Source: Spirochaetota bacterium (GTDB taxonomy: Bacteria > Spirochaetota > UBA4802 > UBA5550). From it: DNA of 64,000 nucleotides. The stretch is taken from the NCBI GenBank assembly GCA_963663865.1, contig OY760686.1, forward strand, positions 384,001 to 448,000. The letters are read 5' to 3'. How positions within the stretch are numbered: the stretch's first letter is position 1; the number at the start of each line of letters is the position of its first letter. A program made the translations under genes and the position numbers. Shown here piece by piece: positions 1 through 8,087 of this stretch. The notes under the pieces are model-generated. The model saw only the letters and a program-made list of their open reading frames with translations. It ran no database searches and was not told the origin of the DNA.

Positions 1-846
1 TTCAAGATAGCCTGTTTTAATGAACTGATCAGGGTTCTTAATTTTATACCCCCGCAAAGGCTTTTTTGGCATTCCAGCTATAACTGTTTTTTTTCTGAAT
101 CCGGGATTTTCAGAGTAAAGTTCATCAAGGGCCCTGATTGCCCTGTATGCGTTTTTGATCCACCTGTCGGCAGAGATTATGAGGTAGTAGCTTTTAGAAG
201 AAACTGATATTGCGTTCAGAAATTCTGATTCGTTGGCGCTTTCTATTTTCGTTACAGTTTTTTCAGGAGGATAAAGTACAGTAATATCTCTTTGTGTTAT
301 AAAAGGAAAAAAAGACAGCATGGAAAACATTGAATGTTTAGATACTGTAATGATCTCTGTTTTATCCGAGTATATAGATAACAGTGATTTCATTCTTTTA
401 GTCTGTAGATGTTTGTAGAAATTCGGCAGCTTTGATTTTATAAAAACCCTGATTCGCTTTTTTATGTTTCTTGAATAGCGCCACTCTTCAGAGTCGGAGG
501 GCATTTCAAGATCGCGAAGTCCGTGTACCGTGAAAATAAAATCTGTTTCAAACTTGCAATCATGATATCTGTACGCGAGAGCTGAATAGAATCTTGAATA
601 TTTATCTGATTGTAGGAGCGATTCAATATTGCCAGTAGTTGTTACTGGAATTAATTCAACATTGTTTTCACCGGCGAGTTTCAGGAAATCCGGATGTATC
701 CAGCTTTTTGGGTCGTATATACATGATATTGTTTCATGCTTCTTGAGTTCAATGAGTCGTGAAAAAACAGTCCAGGCATATTCGCCGGCTCCGTGGTATT
801 TACCCTGACTGGGCTGAAGAGCAGTTGCATCGAATAGTATTCTCAT
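1..846 (-). CDS. Glycosyltransferase, probably GT4/GT-B (partial, runs off the window start)
   Basis: Not in the ORF track. Manual translation from ATG at 846 (ATGA overlap with the upstream stop) gives MRILFDATALQPSQGKYHGAGEYAWTVFSRL...FIFTVHGLRDLEMP, typical of a GT4 N-terminal domain. Confidence 0.75.
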   Translation of the reverse strand, partial: MRILFDATALQPSQGKYHGAGEYAWTVFSRLIELKKHETISCIYDPKSWIHPDFLKLAGENNVELIPVTTTGNIESLLQSDKYSRFYSALAYRYHDCKFETDFIFTVHGLRDLEMPSDSEEWRYSRNIKKRIRVFIKSKLPNFYKHLQTKRMKSLLSIYSDKTEIITVSKHSMFSMLSFFPFITQRDITVLYPPEKTVTKIESANESEFLNAISVSSKSYYLIISADRWIKNAYRAIRALDELYSENPGFRKKTVIAGMPKKPLRGYKIKNPDQFIKTGYLE

Positions 847-1844
847 TTGTTTCTCCTTATGGCTTTTGATATAATAACTAAAAAAGCCCTGAATGACTTC
901 TTATGTATTGTCCTCCAAAAGGCCCTGGAAAATCTGAAGAACAGAGGTAATGCTGCAAATGGTCCCATATGCTTGAAGTAAAAACGTATTGCGCCTCTCG
1001 CGGTGTGAATATCCCGGAAGTTTGAATTGGTGAGGTTAACTCTGTTTGTGCTTGAATTGTGTTTGTGGAGAACGGTGCTATCTTCTGCAACAGCAAGATG
1101 GTATCCTTTCTTTTTAGCTCTAACACAGAAATCAGTATCTTCCCAGTACATAAAGAAGTTTTCATCAAGCAAACCGACCTCCTTGAATGCCGCGGCCGGA
1201 ACAAGAAGACTGGCTGCTGTCAGATAGTCAAATTTCCCCTTATGTTTTAGAGAATATGAGTTTCCGGTAATATAGCTGAATCGGCCTCCGCCATAAGCCT
1301 GGATTTGATCCGGGCGATCGTAAAAGTAGAGAACAGATCCTACGAGCACCTTGCTCCTCTCCAGTTTAATGGCTTTTCTTATGAGAGCATGGAGCGAATC
1401 AGGAAAAACAATTGTATCGTTGTTGAGTATCCAGATATAGCTGCAGCCCGAGTTAAGAGCGGATTTTATGCCGATATTATTTCCGCTGGCAAAGCCCTGG
1501 TTTTGAGAATTTTTTATTAGTGTGATCTGAAAATCTGCGTGGAACTCGGCTTTTTTTTCATTTAGAATATCTGATTCTGTATTGTTTATGTACTGGTAAT
1601 TCAGTGGCTTTTTGCTGAGTGGAAGGCTCTGGCTGTCAAAATGATATTTGCCTTTTCCCTCCTCAAGCCATTCATTTATCCTGATAACGGATTCGTCTTC
1701 TGAATTGTTGTCGACAATAATAATTGTATATTCAAAAGCTAAGTCTGCCGGTACGTAAATTTTCAGTAAACTTTCAATACATTGTATTGTGTCTATATAT
1801 CCATTGTAGTTAAGCAGGACAATTCCTATTTTGTTAATCTTCAT
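843..1844 (-). CDS. Glycosyltransferase family 2 (WbbL/rhamnosyltransferase-like)
   Basis: Motifs IVLLNYNG, IVDNNS, NQGFASGNNIG, ILNNDT and GLLDENFFMYWEDTDFC. Confidence 0.92.
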   Translation of the reverse strand: MKINKIGIVLLNYNGYIDTIQCIESLLKIYVPADLAFEYTIIIVDNNSEDESVIRINEWLEEGKGKYHFDSQSLPLSKKPLNYQYINNTESDILNEKKAEFHADFQITLIKNSQNQGFASGNNIGIKSALNSGCSYIWILNNDTIVFPDSLHALIRKAIKLERSKVLVGSVLYFYDRPDQIQAYGGGRFSYITGNSYSLKHKGKFDYLTAASLLVPAAAFKEVGLLDENFFMYWEDTDFCVRAKKKGYHLAVAEDSTVLHKHNSSTNRVNLTNSNFRDIHTARGAIRFYFKHMGPFAALPLFFRFSRAFWRTIHKKSFRAFLVIISKAIRRNK

Positions 1845-2270
1845 TGTGTATTTACCGATGATTTTTATTAAAAGACTAGAAAAAAAATAAATAGCTCAAA
1901 GCTGCTTTTATTCGAATTATGGATGATAATCTATTTGAGATTAGGTTTGCAATATTTTTAAAAATTTATTCATGCTGGCGGTTAAATTATATTGAATATT
2001 AAAAAATAATAAAATCGATTGATGTATAGGCAAAATAACATATACGAGCAGTTTGTGAGGAGAATATTGCTGATATAGCATTTACATTATCTCCCTGTTT
2101 TATGAGTTCAAGTTTTTCGTTCTTGTCATTAAATGCATTTTTTTTATTTTGTGCTATACTTCTTAGTAGGATATTATATTTTTATTGACGCTGTATGCCT
2201 TTGGGAAGAAAAGAGTTCATTTCAAGGGTCTTGTCCTTGTTAAGCAAATTATCGGTTTTTAACAGGAAAT

Positions 2271-3452
2271 TTGATGCAAAACAAAGTATATACCGCACCA
2301 GCGGACGAAGGGCGGATGTTCAGCGCAGGGTCATTTCTGAGCCGGAACGTTGCGTCCAGATATCGCAGCAGGTCAAAGCAGAAGAGTCCTGTTATTGCTA
2401 TTATTTTTCCCAAGGATTCCGAGTCCGTTTTCAATAATTCACAGAAAACATTTGGCGGGGCCACTGTTCAGCTCTACAACTACGCCTCTGAGCTTGCAAA
2501 AAGCTATGATGTCCACGGCCTGATAAACATATACGACGATATTGATCCTGCCGCACATACAAACTTTAAACTTGATTTTACCTTCAGAAGATCCGATTAT
2601 TTTATCTTTAAAATCTTCCGTTTTTACCGTGTGCTAAGAAAAATTAAACCGGATGTTATCATTCAGAGGGGGCTCACATATATGTCTCCCCTTCTGGCGT
2701 GTTTATGCAGATTGTGCGGAATCAGGTTTATTTTCATGTATGCGCATGACCGCGAGGCCCGGGGGAGATTTCAGCGTACAGATATGCTGAATATTTTATA
2801 TCCGCTTCTGCTCAGGTTTTCCCATGCCCTCATTGTGCAGAACGGATATCAACAGGGATTGATAAAAGAAAAGTATTCCGCCAAAACACATAAGATAAGA
2901 AATGGTTTCAAAATAGAGGAAGCTGATGAGTCGGTTAAACAGTCTGTTCTGTGGGTAAGCCGGCTTGAGCCCTGGAAAAGGCCTGAGGTCTTTATTGAGC
3001 TTGCTGAAAGAATGCCTGAACGGAACTTTATCATGATAGCTCCCAGGGTCAACGGCTTTGAAGAATACGCTCAATCGATATATCAGAAGGCAGAGAAGGT
3101 CGGAAATATTGATCTGCATCGGTTTGTTCATTTTGATGATATTGATTATTTCTTCCGGCAGGCCCGGGTTTTCGTTAACACTTCAATGGAGGAGGGTTTT
3201 CCGAACACGTTTATTCAATCCTGCAAACATAGAACTTCAATAGTGTCCCTGTGCGTCAACCCGGATGGGTTTATTGATAACAGCAACGTAGGCTTCTCAT
3301 GCAACAACGACAAAGAGCATCTCTTTGAATGCGTTAACAGGATATTTACAGACCGCCAGCTTGCGGAAAAATTCGCGGAAGGGGCATATCTCTATGCCAA
3401 AAACAACCACAATATTGAAGTAAACGTTAAGCTTCTGCAGGAACTTTTTTAA
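2271..3452 (+). CDS. Glycosyltransferase family 4
   Basis: Motifs FGGATVQ, WVSRLEPWKRPE and FVNTSMEEGFPNTFIQS (EX7E-like). The start codon is uncertain and may lie downstream. Confidence 0.9.
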   Translation: MMQNKVYTAPADEGRMFSAGSFLSRNVASRYRSRSKQKSPVIAIIFPKDSESVFNNSQKTFGGATVQLYNYASELAKSYDVHGLINIYDDIDPAAHTNFKLDFTFRRSDYFIFKIFRFYRVLRKIKPDVIIQRGLTYMSPLLACLCRLCGIRFIFMYAHDREARGRFQRTDMLNILYPLLLRFSHALIVQNGYQQGLIKEKYSAKTHKIRNGFKIEEADESVKQSVLWVSRLEPWKRPEVFIELAERMPERNFIMIAPRVNGFEEYAQSIYQKAEKVGNIDLHRFVHFDDIDYFFRQARVFVNTSMEEGFPNTFIQSCKHRTSIVSLCVNPDGFIDNSNVGFSCNNDKEHLFECVNRIFTDRQLAEKFAEGAYLYAKNNHNIEVNVKLLQELF

Positions 3453-3663
3453 TACTTTAATAAAGCCCTCCCTATGATTAATTGTTTTTTTCTTGCGGAA
3501 AGAACACCAGTCTGAGAAAAAAAGTATGCGTCATATTTCAGTATAAACTGATTATTATTTTAATGCTTCCTGGTTCCCGGAGCTCGTATTGCGGTATAAG
3601 AGAAGGGGGTTTCACGGGCCGGGGGCGATAAGATATAAATATTATCAGCTGTTGGTAATCAAT

Positions 3664-4041
3664 TTGAAAAAAACTGTAATACTAATCTCAATTCTCTGTC
3701 TTCTGGTGGGCTTCATCTTCTTTTTGAATCATGATTTAATGACCCCCTATGTTTCCATTAAGGACGCGAGAGAAACTGGGGGCGAGTATGTCCAGATTGT
3801 CGGGCGTCTTGACAGATCCAGAAGGATAAGGACACATAAGGACGGCAGCTATTCCTTTACTGTCGGGGATCATGAAGGTGAAAGAATGCAAATCCGGGCC
3901 GTGGGAGAGAAGCCTGAAAAAATGGAGCTCTTTGAGCAGTTCGTTATTATGGGAAGATATGATAAAAAGAAAAAGCTTTTTAAAGCGGATAAAGTAATCA
4001 CGAACGATACTCTAAAAACAACGGATAAAACCAGAGACTAA
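3664..4041 (+). CDS. CcmE-like OB-fold membrane-anchored protein lacking the heme-ligand motif
   Basis: N-terminal TM, then PYVSIKDARE..VQIVG..FTVGD..KPEKME..FVIMG..FKADKVI, which matches the CcmE pattern. The position of CPSKY/HDENY reads DTLKT. Start placed at TTG 3664 (ORF track 3589). Confidence 0.7.
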   Translation: MKKTVILISILCLLVGFIFFLNHDLMTPYVSIKDARETGGEYVQIVGRLDRSRRIRTHKDGSYSFTVGDHEGERMQIRAVGEKPEKMELFEQFVIMGRYDKKKKLFKADKVITNDTLKTTDKTRD

Positions 4042-4085
4042 TCAAAGAGTTGAAGAGGTTTTTCTTTTCACAGGAAAGCTTGATA

Positions 4086-5042
4086 ATGGTACAAATAAGA
4101 AATCTGAGTAAATACTATTCCGGCAAAAAAGGCGGTTTTTTGCAAAAACCGTCTGTTGTCAGAGCGCTTGACGGCATCAGTCTGGATATCGCAAAAGGAA
4201 CGACTATGGGCCTTGTAGGAGAAAGCGGAAGCGGCAAAACGACTGCCGCGAGGTCTATTCTCAGGCTGATTGAGCCGGATAATGGCTCTGTTCTTCTTGA
4301 CGGAACTGATGTGCTTTCCCTCAAAAGAGAAGAGCTCAGAGCTTTCCGTAAAAAAGTACAGATAGTGTTTCAGGACCCTTACAGCTCTCTTAATCCCAGA
4401 CTGACGGTTGAGAAGATAATTGCCGAACCGTTAAAAATTCATACCAACCTTTCGAAAGAGGACATTCAAGAAAGAGTCCGGGAACTTCTGAAAATTACAG
4501 GTCTGAAGGAAGAACATGCAGTCCGTTATCCCCACGAGTTTAGCGGCGGTCAGAGGCAGAGGATCGGCATTGCAAGAGCAATTGCTTTAAATCCTTTATT
4601 TATTATACTGGATGAGCCAGTTTCAGCCCTGGATGTCTCTATTCAGGCACAGATATTGAATCTCCTGATGGATCTGCAGAAACGGCTTGATATTACATAT
4701 CTCTTTGTTGCTCATGATCTGGCGGTTGTTGAGCATGTCAGCGACAGAGTCGCTGTAATGTATCTTGGTAAGATCGTAGAGGAAAATTCCGCATCAGGAT
4801 TGTATAGTGAGCCTCTTCATCCCTATACTTCGCTGCTTCTTAAATCAGTCCCCGAGGTAAGGCCTTCAAGGCACGGGTTTTCAGTCCCACCCGGAGAAAT
4901 ACCCTCTCCAGAAAATCCTCCGGCAGGCTGTCATTTTCATCCGAGATGTCCCAGGGCGATGGATATTTGCAGCAAGGAGTACCCGGAATTCCGTTATGTT
5001 GGTTCTTGCAGAGTCGCGTGTCATCTTTATTCGTCAGATTAG
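4086..5042 (+). CDS. Oligopeptide/dipeptide ABC transporter ATP-binding subunit (OppF/DppF family)
   Basis: Walker A GESGSGKT, FQDPYSSLNPR, FSGGQRQR and C-terminal HPY...GCHFHPRC..C..VACH. ATG at 4086 (ORF track 4050). Confidence 0.95.
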   Translation: MVQIRNLSKYYSGKKGGFLQKPSVVRALDGISLDIAKGTTMGLVGESGSGKTTAARSILRLIEPDNGSVLLDGTDVLSLKREELRAFRKKVQIVFQDPYSSLNPRLTVEKIIAEPLKIHTNLSKEDIQERVRELLKITGLKEEHAVRYPHEFSGGQRQRIGIARAIALNPLFIILDEPVSALDVSIQAQILNLLMDLQKRLDITYLFVAHDLAVVEHVSDRVAVMYLGKIVEENSASGLYSEPLHPYTSLLLKSVPEVRPSRHGFSVPPGEIPSPENPPAGCHFHPRCPRAMDICSKEYPEFRYVGSCRVACHLYSSD

Positions 5043-5080
5043 TTATTAGACTATTCCTTATTAAGTAACCGGAGTTTTGT

Positions 5081-5644
5081 GTGGATATTGTTTCAATTTT
5101 GGTCATTTCTGTCGCTCTGGCAATGGATGCTTTTTCGGTTTCTATATCGTGCGGTTTGACAATTGAGAAGCCCGTCCTGGGCCATTACATGAGGCTTGCT
5201 CTGTATTTTGGCGGATTCCAGTTTATAATGCCTCTAATTGGTTCATTTGCCGGGAAGCATGCCGGCAACTTGATCTCAAATTACGCGAAATGGACGGCTT
5301 CAGGCCTTTTGATTATAATAGCAGGCAAGATGATCTATGAAGGGTTGAGAGGGGAATCCGAAGAGAAAAGAGTATCATGCCCAGACCCTTCAAGAGGGTT
5401 GACTGTAATAGGCCTGGCTGTCGCGACAAGCATTGACGCGCTGGCGGTCGGTTTTAGCTTTGGTATTCTCAGAAGGGATGTTTTGCTTCCAGCTGCCATA
5501 ATTGGTTTAACGTGCGCTATTTTTTCCGCCGCAGGACTCGCTCTGGGGGATAGAGCAAGTAGATACTTCAGTCGTGGTGGAGAGATTCTTGGCGGAATTA
5601 TGCTTATGCTTCTTGGTTTAAAAATTGCTGTCCAATCGATTTAA
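5081..5644 (+). CDS. mntP: Manganese efflux pump MntP
   Basis: Duplicated motifs ALAMDAFSVS and ATSIDALAVG, FGGFQFIMP, about six TM segments. Confidence 0.9.
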   Translation: MDIVSILVISVALAMDAFSVSISCGLTIEKPVLGHYMRLALYFGGFQFIMPLIGSFAGKHAGNLISNYAKWTASGLLIIIAGKMIYEGLRGESEEKRVSCPDPSRGLTVIGLAVATSIDALAVGFSFGILRRDVLLPAAIIGLTCAIFSAAGLALGDRASRYFSRGGEILGGIMLMLLGLKIAVQSI

Positions 5645-5679
5645 GCTAAAATCCTCATTGAATAAATCCCATAAAATAT

Positions 5680-5706
5680 GGAACCTGAAGGGGGTTGACG
5701 GGTCTT
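5680..5706 (+). promoter_or_regulatory. Putative ECF sigma promoter (GGAACC-N16-GTCTT)
   Basis: GGAACC at 5680-5685 and GTCTT at 5702-5706, about 50 nt upstream of the spy-ECF-anti-sigma operon. Fits the general ECF GGAAC/GTC consensus. Confidence 0.5.
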
Positions 5707-5753
5707 ACCGACAAAGGCCGGCAGGAACTTTACAACCAGGGAGAAAAATAAAA

Positions 5754-6266
5754 ATGGAAAAATCAGTAAAAAAACCTATATTTATCGCGATGATATTTTT
5801 TTTATCATCGGCTGCTTTGTTCGCAGGTAACCATAGAGGACCGGCGGGCTGGGGAGAGCCCGGAGAACGTCCGGAAATGAGACACTCAATGCCTAAAATG
5901 GGGCCTATGGGGCCGCCAATGTTTTTTGGAAATCCTGAAAGGATGCAGGAGGATCTTAGTCTGTCAGACAGTCAGGTTGACAGAATCAGTAAGATTAACG
6001 TTGAGTACAGAGGCAGGTTTGTAAAGATTCTCGACAGCCTCGAACCTCTGCACATTGAGCTTTCAAGGTTGATTACAGCTGAAAAGCCCCAATTAGATAG
6101 CATTCGCAAAAAGCTTAAAGAAATATCCGGATATGAAATTGAAATGAAGCTGCTTCAGATTAGTCACAGAATAGATCTGGAGAAGATTTTAACAGCAGAA
6201 CAGCTTAAAAAGCTTGCAGAGGAAAGAAAGGAGCGCCGTAAAATGCACAAAGAGGGTAGACGCTGA
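5754..6266 (+). CDS. Spy/CpxP/ZraP-family periplasmic protein
   Basis: Signal peptide, Gly/Met/Pro-rich N-terminus, LSLSDSQ and ILTAEQ (LTxxQ) motifs. ATG 5754 follows GGGAG (ORF track 5625). Confidence 0.85.
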   Translation: MEKSVKKPIFIAMIFFLSSAALFAGNHRGPAGWGEPGERPEMRHSMPKMGPMGPPMFFGNPERMQEDLSLSDSQVDRISKINVEYRGRFVKILDSLEPLHIELSRLITAEKPQLDSIRKKLKEISGYEIEMKLLQISHRIDLEKILTAEQLKKLAEERKERRKMHKEGRR

Positions 6267-6268
6267 AG

Positions 6269-6781
6269 ATGAATGAAAAAGAGTTTGAACTGATTGTCAG
6301 AGACACAAAAGCAGTGGTTCTGACGGCTATTCAAAAAAACCTCAATAGCGAATTCTATCACTCGATTGACGATGTGGCCCAGGAGACTTATCTCCGGGCC
6401 TATCGTGGTCTAATGCAGAATAAGTTCAGGGGAGAAAGCACTTTAAGCACCTGGCTCTACGCTATCGCGAGAAACGAAGCAAGGCGAATGAACGAAAAGC
6501 TTATAAGAGAAGAAAGAAAATCCAGGAAAAAAGCTGAGCGAATTGAAGATGAGAAGATGAATCTCCCGGAATATTCCGAAGAAGACCTTTCTATTATGAA
6601 TGACGCGATTAAAGAATTACCAGATAAGTACAGAGGGGTCCTTGAGCTTTCAGCGGAAGGCCTTTCGGTGGAGGAAATTTCTAAAAAGCTGGAAATTAGA
6701 TCCGGCACGGTCAAATCAAGGGCATTTCGCGGGAGAAACATGCTAAAGGTTATTATGGGAGGTTATTCAAATGAACAGTGA
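6269..6781 (+). CDS. ECF-family RNA polymerase sigma factor
   Basis: Region 2 DDVAQETYLRAY..FRGESTLSTWLYAIARN and region 4 EGLSVEEIS..GTVKSRAFRGR. Confidence 0.95.
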   Translation: MNEKEFELIVRDTKAVVLTAIQKNLNSEFYHSIDDVAQETYLRAYRGLMQNKFRGESTLSTWLYAIARNEARRMNEKLIREERKSRKKAERIEDEKMNLPEYSEEDLSIMNDAIKELPDKYRGVLELSAEGLSVEEISKKLEIRSGTVKSRAFRGRNMLKVIMGGYSNEQ

Positions 6782-7139
6782 AACAATGAAACATGAGATC
6801 CGCCAGAGGATGGAAAGTTCTTCATGGGACGCTATGATAACATCCTCGGTTTTTTCCCGGAGAGCGGCTTTTAGAAAAAACGTGGCCAGAATCTCGGGAA
6901 TCGGAATCTCCACAGCCGCGGCATTGACGATTGTTTTTTCGAGTATATTTTACAGCAACAATGGGGATACGATTAACTACAGCAGCATGATTTCTGCACA
7001 GATTGAAAAGGTCTTTGATGGGGGATATTCAGAGTCTTTTGCGGAGAAAAAAACATTGGAGTCTGAAACTTCCATTCTTGTCTTTTCCGACGATACTTCA
7101 GGGATAATAGAGGATGCTTTAATCGCAAGAGCGCAGTAG
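6771..7139 (+). CDS. Putative single-TM anti-sigma factor
   Basis: Overlaps the ECF stop. Short cytoplasmic N-terminus, one TM (ISGIGISTAAALTIVF) and a short external tail. Confidence 0.6.
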   Translation: MNSETMKHEIRQRMESSSWDAMITSSVFSRRAAFRKNVARISGIGISTAAALTIVFSSIFYSNNGDTINYSSMISAQIEKVFDGGYSESFAEKKTLESETSILVFSDDTSGIIEDALIARAQ

Positions 7140-7176
7140 CGGTTAGGTACCCTGTGCATGATGCCGATAAAACATT

Positions 7177-8079
7177 ATGATAATGAAAATGCTTAAACTT
7201 AAGGTTGCATTGACTCTGGTTCTATCGGTGATAGTCATGTCGGGTATAGGTCTCCAGGCCCGGGAGATGTCTGAGGCAGAGATGTTAAAGCATTTGATTG
7301 AAAGAGGATATAATCCTGTTGAGGAAAGTATACCGTCTGAGAAAATATATTACACTGAGGGCGCGCTTTTTTGTACTGGAAGCTCCGAAGCAGCAGTGGC
7401 GAATAATCTTGCCGCTGAACTCATGCTTAAAGGCAATTATGAGGATGCACTGAAGAAGCTTCGGTCTTCAATTAAAAGAGCACCGCTGTTTTATCCATTT
7501 AGGTACAACGCCGGGAAGAGCTGCATTCACCTGTATCTCTATCCCGAATCGGTAATGCACCTGCAAAAGGCCGTTTCACTTGTCCCGGAATACTGGCGAA
7601 CATACATTGAGCTTGGTGATCTTTATGCCCGGATGGGAAGTGAAAACTATGCCATAGACTCCTTTAGAAAGGCTGTCAGCCTGAACAGAAAAGACATGAG
7701 CGCCATTATTAGAATTGGAGATATCTTTTTTAACAGGAATCAGCTGGAAGTTGCCTCGAAATACTATGAATCGGTTTTGGAGCTTGATCCCAGGCATCCT
7801 GACGGGCTTCTGGGAAAGGCAAAGATAATGTACAGGCGTGAAAAGTACTTAAAAGCTCTTAATACAATAAAGGCAATCAGGGAAAAGGGACAGTATGACC
7901 GTTCTCTCCACTTTTATCAAGCGGAATGCCTTTACAACCTCAAAGAATACAGCGGCGCAGCGGATCAGTACGAAAAGTTACTGAGCTTTCCGGGCGACAG
8001 GTTTTTCCTGACAACAGCCGTTTCGCTCATTCGTCACAAGCTCGACATGAGCCGCAGGCTTTCATCCGTTGAGCAGTAA
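7177..8079 (+). CDS. Exported TPR-repeat protein
   Basis: Signal peptide and several TPRs (YIELGDLYARMG..A...FRKA; RIGDIFF..A..YYESVLELDP). Confidence 0.85.
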   Translation: MIMKMLKLKVALTLVLSVIVMSGIGLQAREMSEAEMLKHLIERGYNPVEESIPSEKIYYTEGALFCTGSSEAAVANNLAAELMLKGNYEDALKKLRSSIKRAPLFYPFRYNAGKSCIHLYLYPESVMHLQKAVSLVPEYWRTYIELGDLYARMGSENYAIDSFRKAVSLNRKDMSAIIRIGDIFFNRNQLEVASKYYESVLELDPRHPDGLLGKAKIMYRREKYLKALNTIKAIREKGQYDRSLHFYQAECLYNLKEYSGAADQYEKLLSFPGDRFFLTTAVSLIRHKLDMSRRLSSVEQ

Positions 8080-8087
8080 TCGCGATT

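Noticed and set aside
1977-1988. GGCGGTTA, ops/JUMPstart-like sequence near the glycosyltransferases
   Set aside because: It mismatches GGCGGTAG and has no JUMPstart context.
3565-3628. GC-rich patch with CTCGTAT...GTTTC, reminiscent of a purine riboswitch
   Set aside because: It lacks the P2/P3 stems and loop consensus, and possible pairing is mostly G-U.
3990-4030. Alternative frame at the end of the CcmE-like gene reads SNHERYSK
   Set aside because: HxxY spacing is one residue short of HxxxY, and the main frame runs on cleanly to a stop. Probably coincidence.
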